Below are positions 1-7,240 of a stretch of DNA of 30,713 nucleotides, piece by piece (within the stretch, counting starts at the first letter, position 1; each line of letters begins with the position of its first letter). Position numbers and translations under genes: made by a program. A model generated the notes under the pieces. The model was given only the letters and a program-made list of their open reading frames with translations, was not told the origin of the DNA and did no database searches. Source of the DNA: an uncultured archaeon (GTDB taxonomy: Archaea > Asgardarchaeota > Thorarchaeia > Thorarchaeales > Thorarchaeaceae); contig CAZSWP010000044.1 of assembly GCA_964610875.1 (NCBI GenBank), forward strand, positions 1 through 30,713. Direction: 5' to 3'.

Positions 1-110
1 GTGCAATCGATTCAGGTTGCGTGAAGGACCTTACCCTTTCCTCATGCTGTTGAGCGCCCTTTTCATTTTTCATATTTTTAGTCAGATGAGTGGAATTTAG
101 GTCTAGGATT
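1..110 (+). repeat. rRNA-tail repeat copy R1 (cut by window start)
   Basis: GTGCAATCG..GGTTGCGTGAAGGACCTTACCC..CTGTTGAGCGCC-T tract-TTAGTCAGATGAGTGGAA..TAGGTCTAG, shared with six other copies. Confidence 0.93.
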
Positions 111-209
111 TCTTCCTTAGTAGATATCCAACACTAGTTTCATGAGTTTGCATTCAATGTGCATCTTTATATCACTCAGAATTGAAAGATGTACTGAGGT
201 CTTGAGCCA

Positions 210-401
210 GTGACAGATAGAACAATATCAATCTCAGAGGAGTTCTATGGAATATTACAGAAGCTGAAGCTTCCTGGTGAAAATCTTGAAGATACTATTC
301 TCCGTTTATCTGGTTTGAGATCTCGAGGAGCGGATTTTGAAAAAGCACTCGATAAAGTCCTCACCGAGGATGCTGAGCTTCTTGAAAGATTGGCACAATG
401 A
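210..401 (+). CDS. Antitoxin (VapB/DUF217-like DNA-binding N-terminus) paired with Doc
   Basis: TISISEEFYGILQKLKLPGE..DTILRL N-terminus; C-terminal AELLERLA helix; directly upstream of Doc; TTTATAT box at ~165. Confidence 0.8.
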   Translation: MTDRTISISEEFYGILQKLKLPGENLEDTILRLSGLRSRGADFEKALDKVLTEDAELLERLAQ

Positions 402-424
402 ATGATATCCTCTGGTGAAACTAT

Positions 425-808
425 TTGAGATATTTGACCTTTGATGAAGTACTTACAATCCACAGGAAAATGATTGCTGTATTTGGTGGTGAGAGTGGTG
501 TTCTCTCTCAAGAAGGACTGGAGAACTGCTTAGCACTTCCAATGATGTCTGTATATGGGACAGAAACAAATCCTTCATTATGGGAAAAAGCAGCATCACT
601 ACTACACTGCCTTGTTACAAGACATCCCTTTGTTGATGGTAATAAAAGAACTTCATGGGCTGCTGCCAAAGTATTTCTACTGCTCAATGGTTTCAGACTG
701 TCTACAGAACACGATGATGGTGAACAAACTATTTTGAATGTGATTAGTGGAAAAATCAACAAAGATCAGCTAGCAGACTGGATTGAATCCCATTCTAACA
801 GAATTTAG
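425..808 (+). CDS. doc: Death-on-curing (Doc/Fic family) toxin
   Basis: HPFVDGNKRT Doc-type Fic motif; MRYLTFDEVLTIH start; GGTGA SD before TTG. Confidence 0.9.
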   Translation: MRYLTFDEVLTIHRKMIAVFGGESGVLSQEGLENCLALPMMSVYGTETNPSLWEKAASLLHCLVTRHPFVDGNKRTSWAAAKVFLLLNGFRLSTEHDDGEQTILNVISGKINKDQLADWIESHSNRI

Positions 809-832
809 TATATCCAATTCAGATCACCCGAC

Positions 833-906
833 GGACCTTACCCTTTCCTCATGCTGTTGAGCGCCCTTTCATTTTGTATTGTTTAGCTAGATTGAGTAGA
901 ATCTAG
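833..906 (+). repeat. rRNA-tail repeat copy R2 (5'-truncated)
   Basis: GGACCTTACCCTTTCCTCATGCTGTTGAGCGCCCTTT identical to R1, starting ~25 nt after doc stop. Confidence 0.92.
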
Positions 907-1073
907 AAAAGACCTCTCTTCCTCAAAGTCTTCAAGTTGAGTTTTCACAATCAAAATCATATCCTGACAGTTGATTTTCTCGTAAAACCTCTCTCTTGAT
1001 GATCGAGCTTGATTTAGCCAACACACAATGCAGCTTATATATCTACATATACATATATAGACAGTGATTCTCA

Positions 1074-1322
1074 ATGCCTTCAAAGACCATTTCTGTGACA
1101 CTGGATGTGTACAATCTCCTCAAGAAGATGCGACTCCCTGGAGAGAGTTTTGGAGATACGATTGCTCGTCTATGTAAGGGGAAGACATCGGAAGCGTTGT
1201 ATCTGTGGACACAAACCTCTGATGGTTGGACTGACCTGACAAAGGAGGAGTATCGCCTTCTTGACGAAACACTTCGCGATGTCCAAGCATCATTCCAAGA
1301 AGAACGAGTTGATTTGAGTTGA
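1074..1322 (+). CDS. vapB: VapB-family antitoxin (DUF217-like)
   Basis: KTISVTLDVYNLLKKMRLPGESFGDTIARL; overlaps start of PIN gene. Confidence 0.85.
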   Translation: MPSKTISVTLDVYNLLKKMRLPGESFGDTIARLCKGKTSEALYLWTQTSDGWTDLTKEEYRLLDETLRDVQASFQEERVDLS

Positions 1323-1726
1323 TATTTCTAGACACTACTTTCTTGGTGGATGTTCTACGGAAGGATGCAGGTGCACTATCATGGTTAGCGAAGACTGATG
1401 AAATTGCCCTCTATACCTCTGAGATCAATGTGTTTGAGCTCTATACAGGGCTATTTCGATTATCATCTAAGTCTGAATCTTTTCTACGAAAGCGAAGGCT
1501 GGAACTTGAGCAAGTTCTTACTCGGATGGAGGTTCTCCCATTTGAGAGATCAGCTGCCTTAGAATCTGGGAAGATACTGGCACAACTTCTAGCAAAAGGA
1601 AATCCTATTGGCTCAAGGGATGTGATGATTGCTGGAGTTTCCCTTGCAAATGGTATACAAAGAGTTCTAACACGAAATGTCAGGCATTTCAAGGTAATTC
1701 CTCGAATGGATGTAGAAACTTACTAG
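1319..1726 (+). CDS. vapC: VapC PIN-domain ribonuclease toxin
   Basis: IFLDTTFLVD..E..DVMIAG..LTRNVRHF PIN motifs. Confidence 0.92.
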   Translation: MIFLDTTFLVDVLRKDAGALSWLAKTDEIALYTSEINVFELYTGLFRLSSKSESFLRKRRLELEQVLTRMEVLPFERSAALESGKILAQLLAKGNPIGSRDVMIAGVSLANGIQRVLTRNVRHFKVIPRMDVETY

Positions 1727-1817
1727 ACAGAGGAATAGGATGCACGATTGTCTAAATTCGTCCGCGAAAATAGTTTCATTTTTTATGACTGGTATTATGG
1801 TCGATACTATGTGTTGT

Positions 1818-1933
1818 CTTTGAACGGGACAGTGTAATTGTTTCGATTGCGTGAAGGAGCTCATCCTTTTCTCATGCTGTTGAGCGCCCTTTCATTTTTC
1901 AGATTCACCTGATGAGTAGTAGCTAGGTTTCTA
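1818..1933 (+). repeat. rRNA-tail repeat copy R3 (diverged; may extend left to ~1790)
   Basis: GTGTAATTGTTTCGATTGCGTGAAGGAGCTCATCC..CTCATGCTGTTGAGCGCCCTTTCATTTTTC..GATGAGTAG..CTAGG. Confidence 0.88.
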
Positions 1934-2000
1934 ATCGAATCCATAGCATGTTCTAGTCACTTTCCAATGAAATTATAAGTAGTTATTAGCATTATAAGAT

Positions 2001-2198
2001 ATGATAGATATGGGAGAAACTACTACCATTCCTCTCTCTAAAACGACACGGGACCAATTGAAAAAATATGGGCGTAAAGGAGAAACCTATGACGAACTGA
2101 TACTCCGGCTTCTTGAGATAGCAGAACAGATGGAGTTTGTTGAAAGACAGAAACGCATTCTATCTGAAGAGGAGTTCGTTCCACTTGACCAAGTTTGA
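2001..2198 (+). CDS. Antitoxin of RelE toxin (start may be ATG 2010)
   Basis: TTIPLSKTTRDQLKKYGRKGETYDELILRL, acidic C-terminus, overlaps RelE gene. Confidence 0.8.
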   Translation: MIDMGETTTIPLSKTTRDQLKKYGRKGETYDELILRLLEIAEQMEFVERQKRILSEEEFVPLDQV

Positions 2199-2466
2199 AG
2201 TTTTCCTCTCTCAGACAACGGTTTCACAACTGAGCTTACTTGACCACAAACAAGTTAATCGAGTAAAGACTGCTCTTAGCGACCTTGCAATCAATCCCTT
2301 TCAAAAACGATCTGGAATTGACATCAAGAAATTGATGACCAAAGATGATCCTCCCCTGTTCAGACTACGCGTGGGGGATTATCGCGCAATCTATTTTGTA
2401 GTTAACCAAGAGGTAAGAGTTACAGAGATTCTCCACAGAAGTAAAGCATACAGATGGTTGGACTAG
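2185..2466 (+). CDS. relE: RelE/ParE-family toxin
   Basis: FRLRVGDYRAIY and EILHRSKAYR motifs; start moved to TTG 2185 behind GAGGAG SD. Confidence 0.88.
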   Translation: MTKFEVFLSQTTVSQLSLLDHKQVNRVKTALSDLAINPFQKRSGIDIKKLMTKDDPPLFRLRVGDYRAIYFVVNQEVRVTEILHRSKAYRWLD

Positions 2467-2524
2467 ATTCTAAATAATACACTTTAGAATCCAATGTATG
2501 TAGTTCTGTATAGAGCATTTCCAA

Positions 2525-2590
2525 CTCCACGGTTGAGCGCCTTTTCATATTTTAGTCAGGTGAGTGGAACCTAGGTCTACTGCCACTGTT
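2525..2590 (+). repeat. rRNA-tail repeat copy R4 (shortest)
   Basis: CTCCACGGTTGAGCGCCTTTTCATATTTTAGTCAGGTGAGTGGAACCTAGGTCTA. Confidence 0.9.
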
Positions 2591-2620
2591 TCCCCATGTT
2601 CTTCGGTGTTGATATGCACT

Positions 2621-2650
2621 GAGTTTATATGTACTCATATGCATATGTAT
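2621..2650 (+). promoter_or_regulatory. TATA box with overlapping palindromes (probable autorepression operator)
   Basis: GAGT-TTATATGT-ACTC and perfect palindrome CATATGCATATG (2636-2647) before ATG 2661. Confidence 0.55.
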
Positions 2651-2660
2651 ATTGATTATT

Positions 2661-2903
2661 ATGGCGAAGAATGTGGCATTGGCTGATGACGTCTACAGTG
2701 ACCTCAAGCGTCTAAAGCGTAAGGATGAGAGTTTCAGCGATGTGATTCGTAGATTGCTTCGGACGAGAGGTACGATTGCAGACCTTGCAGGGTCTGAAAC
2801 GCTTAGTTTAGAAGAATGGCTGAAGATGAAGAGACTCAAAGAAGAACAGGCAGAAACCGATGAGAAACGAGCGGATGTCCTTCTCTCACAACAAGAAGGG
2901 TGA
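2661..2903 (+). CDS. vapB: VapB-family antitoxin (DUF217-like)
   Basis: KNVALADDVYSDLKRLKRKDESFSDVIRRLL. Confidence 0.88.
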   Translation: MAKNVALADDVYSDLKRLKRKDESFSDVIRRLLRTRGTIADLAGSETLSLEEWLKMKRLKEEQAETDEKRADVLLSQQEG

Positions 2904-2911
2904 ATGTACTA

Positions 2912-3316
2912 ATGCCCATTTTTGATACGAGCTTTCTCATTGATCTTACTAGAGGCGACGAGGGAGCAGTAGCCATAGCAAAACAAGTTGACAGCGGGTC
3001 TGATTTCAAAGCAGTGTCAGTCGTGACAGTCCACGAGTACCTTAGAGGTGTGTTCTATCATCATGTTGGGAAGAAGTCTTTAGACAAGAAATTACGCAAA
3101 GCACTCACTGATTTAGCACATTTTGAACAGCTTGAATTCACGTCAACCATTGCTCGGGAAGCAGCTCTATTGGATGCAAATCTTTTCCGAAAGGGAAACA
3201 TGATTCCATATGCAGATGTAATAATCGCCGCAACAGCTATTCATCACAAGTCTTCTCTTGTTACAAGAGATACGCATTTTCAGTCCATAGGTGACCTTGA
3301 CATAATTGAGTATTAG
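2912..3316 (+). CDS. vapC: VapC PIN-domain toxin
   Basis: PIFDTSFLID..HE..DVIIAATA..LVTRDTHF; GGGTGA SD before ATG 2912. Confidence 0.92.
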   Translation: MPIFDTSFLIDLTRGDEGAVAIAKQVDSGSDFKAVSVVTVHEYLRGVFYHHVGKKSLDKKLRKALTDLAHFEQLEFTSTIAREAALLDANLFRKGNMIPYADVIIAATAIHHKSSLVTRDTHFQSIGDLDIIEY

Positions 3317-3322
3317 AGTGTT

Positions 3323-3402
3323 GAAGTGTAAGAAATACTTCGTAGCGGATGCTGCGGATGGAAGAAGACGAGAGTCATTCTCGCTTCCATCAATCACCTC
3401 CT
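3323..3402 (+). pseudogene. Decayed 16S rRNA 3'-terminal fragment
   Basis: GAAGT-GTAAGAA..TTCGTAGC-GGAT-GCTGCGGA-TGGA[insert]TCACCTCCT versus universal AAGTCGTAACAAGGTA-helix 45-TGGATCACCTCCT. Confidence 0.8.
3363..3393 (+). other. Putative 31-nt bulge-helix-bulge intron in the 16S fragment
   Basis: Central helix GATG(3357-60)/CATC(3388-91), bulges GA^A and AA^T, intron stem GAAG/CTTC plus CGAGA/TCTCG; ligation gives GGATGGATCACCTCCT. Confidence 0.75.
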
Positions 3403-3540
3403 AGGATCTCTACTTTTTAGAGGTAGAGCAGCTTGGTTCTGGCAATCCTCTGGATTACTGGAAGAGGTACAGGCCTTCGATGGGATAGTGCAATCGTACA
3501 GGTTGCGTGAAGGACCTTACCCCCCTCCACTGTTGAGCGC

Positions 3541-3557
3541 CCTTTTTCATTTTTCTT
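3541..3557 (+). terminator. Archaeal U-rich terminator-like tract (equivalent tract follows GTTGAGCG in every copy)
   Basis: CCTTTTTCATTTTTCTT. Confidence 0.55.
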
Positions 3558-3610
3558 TCATCATTTATCCACTAGACATAGAAATTGTTCTTTTAAAATT
3601 CATGTACAAC

Positions 3611-4771
3611 TCAATTGACAATCAATCCTTTTGGTCTTCTGATTTTTCGAATTGCAACAACAACTGCAATGATTATGAATCCCCCTCCAATAATCGATAG
3701 AAATAGAGGGTCTGTGGCACCTTGCCATAATCGTGTTCCAATAGAATTTCCCTGTTGTGTACGTAAAATCTTACCGTGATATCCAGAAGCCCACCCATGT
3801 GTTTCGTTTATGAAATCCACAGCAAGAAGTCTTGACAAACCAATATCGACTCCCTGCGCGTACCACGTATTTCCACCATCTGATGAATACATGATTGGTG
3901 GTTCAGATCCAATAATCCATCCATGTGACTCATCATAGAATTGAATGTCTGTGAGATACGCATCCCTGAACCCTGGGATTGGTGAACCACTCGGAATCGG
4001 AATTTCTTGCCAAGTCATATCATCACTTGTTTTTGCAAGCATATCATCTGCTATCGCCCATCCATGTAGAGAATCACTGTATTCTATTGCCCATCCTCCT
4101 TTGTCAAAGTTCTTTTCCCACGAGTATCCACCATCAGTTGACTGGTATATCCCATCAAAACCAATAGCATCCATGGCCTCATTAGAATGGAAGTATATTC
4201 TTCTCAGAGTATCATCAAATATCCATCCCTTGCACTTATTCCATGTCACACCTGAGTCATTTGTATTGAAGAGTATCTTATTTGTTGCAGCCCATCCGTG
4301 TGTTCCGTTAGAAAAAGCGATTGTGGAGAATAATGATTGAATATCATCAAATTCAACAACTGTCCAAGAAGACCCATAATCTTCCGAAAAAACCAGGTTT
4401 CCAAGAGATGCAATCCAAATAATATTCCCATCAGTAATAGTAATCTGATTGAACCAGTCTTCTGAATTTTCAAGCTGAATATTCCATGTATTTCCCCTAT
4501 CTGTGGTAGCAAGTATAATTCCATTACCAACTCCCTCCGATGATTGACCAACAGTCCATCCATGACTGGCATTGATGAAATCAATATCCCAAAGTATGCC
4601 TTCTGGGTATCCTGAATCTAATGATTCCCAGATATCCTCATTGTGATTTCCATTAGGTTGTGCTCTTCCGTAAGAAAGCAATAGCAAAGAGATGATTAGT
4701 ACGAGTATGAATAGTCTAGATAATCTACCTTTGTACTTGATACTTTTCGTATCTATTGCTATACTAATCAT
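3611..4771 (-). CDS. YCF48/BNR-repeat beta-propeller, secreted and C-terminally membrane anchored
   Basis: Repeated F.D..HGW and T.DGG.TW motifs; N-terminal hydrophobic signal; C-terminal TM helix and basic tail. Confidence 0.85.
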   Translation of the reverse strand: MISIAIDTKSIKYKGRLSRLFILVLIISLLLLSYGRAQPNGNHNEDIWESLDSGYPEGILWDIDFINASHGWTVGQSSEGVGNGIILATTDRGNTWNIQLENSEDWFNQITITDGNIIWIASLGNLVFSEDYGSSWTVVEFDDIQSLFSTIAFSNGTHGWAATNKILFNTNDSGVTWNKCKGWIFDDTLRRIYFHSNEAMDAIGFDGIYQSTDGGYSWEKNFDKGGWAIEYSDSLHGWAIADDMLAKTSDDMTWQEIPIPSGSPIPGFRDAYLTDIQFYDESHGWIIGSEPPIMYSSDGGNTWYAQGVDIGLSRLLAVDFINETHGWASGYHGKILRTQQGNSIGTRLWQGATDPLFLSIIGGGFIIIAVVVAIRKIRRPKGLIVN

Positions 4772-4806
4772 CTCCTATTCTCTATTCCATACATACGATT
4801 ATTTGG

Positions 4807-5907
4807 CTATTCAGGCAGTGGTGTTCCTCCCCCGCCGCCTCCACCTCCACCAGGAAGTGTCACATAGGTATAATCGCTTCCCAGATAGTGATTCGATGAA
4901 TCATATGCTTTAACCTTGACTCTCATTTGTACATAACCCGTAAGTAACGACCATGAAACATAGTAATCTCCACTTGTATATGGTGTGTAGTCAATTCCCA
5001 CATACATATCACTAGTCCAATATCCCGAACTAGTCTTGTATTTGACATAGACCTTGACATAATCCATAGCAGTATAGTGATTTACACGTACATAACCTGT
5101 GACACCATTTGACTCCCATGCATTATAGATGAGATTGGATGCAGGTATCGGGTCATTGCTATCCAGAGGATCATATCCCCAAGCTATTTCATTTCCATCA
5201 CTTATGATATCTTGGTCTGTACTCCATAGTAGCGGATTTGTTCCATATGCAAACTCGTCCGAGTCGGAAATAGCATCATCGTCGGTATCACTATCCAATG
5301 GATCAGTTCCGTGGATTAAGACTTCATTGGCATCTGATAAATCATCATTATCTGTATCCCAATCATTTGGATTTGTACCATATACGTATATCTCCAAATC
5401 ATCTGAGAGTCCTTCTCCATCTGTATCCGGTCCGCTTGTTAGCCAATCTGAAATATCATCATATGTTTCTTCGTTTTCAGGGTCATTTATCAGTAGTCCA
5501 TGTGATACATCATAGAATTGACGATTGGTTTCCGCATATGATAGATATGCTCTGGACTCACCTACGATAGGGTCACTGTATTCACCATGAATACTTAGCA
5601 ATAGGAGTCCCCATGCTGGGTCTATTCCCGCACCTGTATACCACCTAATTCCATCAGAATAAGAACTCGGATCATCATTTAAATTGTCAATGAGTTGAGA
5701 GTGAGGTGCAAGTGACCAAAAAACTGGACTTGGCCAAAGATTTCCATTATCCCCAATATAACCTCCAATTAATGACATTATAAGTGACCAAGAGTTTAAT
5801 GGATCAGCTAAGCATGTACCATCATTTGGAGTTCCCATTGTTATTACAGTACCAATGTCAATACGTGAAGACTCTAGTTGCGTGCTATGATCCATCAACA
5901 TTTGACG
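4807..5907 (-). pseudogene. C-terminal half of split alpha/beta-hydrolase with DxDxD Ca-binding repeats
   Basis: RQML..IGTVITMGTPNDGT, D.IV and H motifs, DTDxDxLSD..E...GT.P repeats; 5' end abuts the mobile element and joins in frame to 23804-24631. Confidence 0.88.
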
Positions 5908-6097
5908 GGTCGCGAACAGATACTAATAATCAGGACAAACCTTGACATTGTTGTGTAGGTGCTTATATAGGACCGGTAAGGATATTTTAGTGAGGGTGTC
6001 TTGACACACGATCTTACCCTCGCAAAGCCAGTCCCAGTACCGTTGTCTGGGAGGACAAAGCTTTGGTGTCCAGATCTGTCCAACTTACAATGAACGG
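5908..6097 (+). mobile_element. 190-bp non-autonomous IS607-like element, copy A
   Basis: Identical to the reverse complement of 24630-24819 except 2 nt; GG at both junctions; no terminal IR; right end TGTCCAGATC-TGTCCAACTT..GAACGG; left end has 10-bp spaced GACA motifs. Confidence 0.85.
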
Positions 6098-6150
6098 TTA
6101 GAACTGGTTTCATAAGATAATAACCAATCTATTAACGTCAAGACATTTAC

Positions 6151-6645
6151 TCAATTTTGAAATCTTCTGTCAGAAACAAATGACCTACTTTCGTCATTCA
6201 TAGATGATATCAACCAACCGGAGGTTGCACCCAATCGATTGTCAAATTCAGGAACAAATGGTTTTATGTCAAGTAACGGAGTTCTATCAAGCATATCAGC
6301 ACCGTTGAATAGTATGATATTCCCAGTCATATTTACAAGCTGTACAATTGATATACCAATAGGATTTGGTCGAGAAGGGATTCTCGTTGAGAACAGACCA
6401 TGCTTCTGTTTGTCAAGATATGGAACTATCTGCATCTCAGCGGGTTTTGCCCTATCAAACCAGTAGAGAAGAATGATGTGTGAGAATAGATCCAAGGATT
6501 TCAAACCTGGCACGAATTCTTCTCGTATTATAATCTCACCTTGAAACTCAGATTTTGAAGATTGAATTGGAATACCATCGCTTGAAGTGAATGGAGTCCT
6601 TATGATACCTATTGGTTTAACACCGAGTTCCATGATTTGCACCAC
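6151..6645 (-). CDS. tsaA: tRNA m6t6A37 methyltransferase TsaA/TrmO
   Basis: PIGIIRTPF, FSHIILLYWF, GLFSTR.PSRPNPIG, TPLLDIKPF. Confidence 0.92.
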   Translation of the reverse strand: MVQIMELGVKPIGIIRTPFTSSDGIPIQSSKSEFQGEIIIREEFVPGLKSLDLFSHIILLYWFDRAKPAEMQIVPYLDKQKHGLFSTRIPSRPNPIGISIVQLVNMTGNIILFNGADMLDRTPLLDIKPFVPEFDNRLGATSGWLISSMNDESRSFVSDRRFQN

Positions 6646-6673
6646 AATTACTTTCGTGTGTTTCGTATAAGCA

Positions 6674-7147
6674 CTATGTTGGATTTAGCGTTGAGAGGAG
6701 ATCCCTAGCAAATTGACGCGCGTTCTCTAGGTCTTCAGATGACGGATGCCCTTTGCTTCTTCCGCCGCCAATCTTGAAGAGTCCATAAGTATTCCAGCCG
6801 CGACAAGAGAATGAAGCCGAGATACTTGCATTCTTCTTTAACAACTCGTCGACCAATGATTTTTCGAATTCCTTAAGGACTGGAAATTTTGTGAAGCCAC
6901 TAGTATAATAGACAAAAACATGTTTTCCTGAGAATGAATCTATTCTCCGAACAAATTCAAAGATACTTCTATGATGCTTTCCAAAGTAGATACCAGAACC
7001 AATGCCGATGACGTCATATTGTTTTATGGTTTCTACATCCACTTCTTCTGGAGGGAGGATTTCTGCATCCATTTCCTCAGCCATGACTTCTGAAATTTTC
7101 AAAGTATTACTATGATGTATTGATTTACAGACAAGTAGTGAGTTCAT
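6674..7147 (-). CDS. Flavodoxin-family protein
   Basis: SIHHSNT.KI, YDVIGIGSGIYFG, GHPSSEDL..A..FA; start placed at ATG 7147. Confidence 0.85.
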   Translation of the reverse strand: MNSLLVCKSIHHSNTLKISEVMAEEMDAEILPPEEVDVETIKQYDVIGIGSGIYFGKHHRSIFEFVRRIDSFSGKHVFVYYTSGFTKFPVLKEFEKSLVDELLKKNASISASFSCRGWNTYGLFKIGGGRSKGHPSSEDLENARQFARDLLSTLNPT

Positions 7148-7240
7148 TGCATATTTTGTCGTTATACAACCTACCATAAGTCTGTCTGATTGCACTAAAA
7201 TCTCTGATTGCATCCACCAGTTTTTGAAACCCAATTAGTC

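Larger units (their letters stand above)
3323..3555 (+). repeat. rRNA-tail repeat copy R5 (long form: 16S 3' end plus trailer)
   Basis: Aligns over ~230 nt with the reverse complement of 21530-21756; its 3' part matches R1-R4 and R7. Confidence 0.92.

Noticed and set aside
3323-3402. Functional 16S rRNA gene
   Set aside because: Only ~50 nt of exon, with mutations at invariant positions.
1-3560. Classical integron attC sites (GTTGAGC fits GTTRRRY)
   Set aside because: There is no conserved complementary RYYYAAC inverse core. Conservation extends ~60 nt downstream of GTT while the upstream part is variably missing, the opposite of attC. No IntI is present in the window.
1-3560. CRISPR array
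   Set aside because: Units are 650-1020 bp apart and contain whole operons; repeats vary in length and sequence; no cas genes.
5895-6113. 72-aa ORF, and the similar C-terminal 100 aa of 23804-24937
   Set aside because: Read-through of the mini-element, with no transposase motifs.
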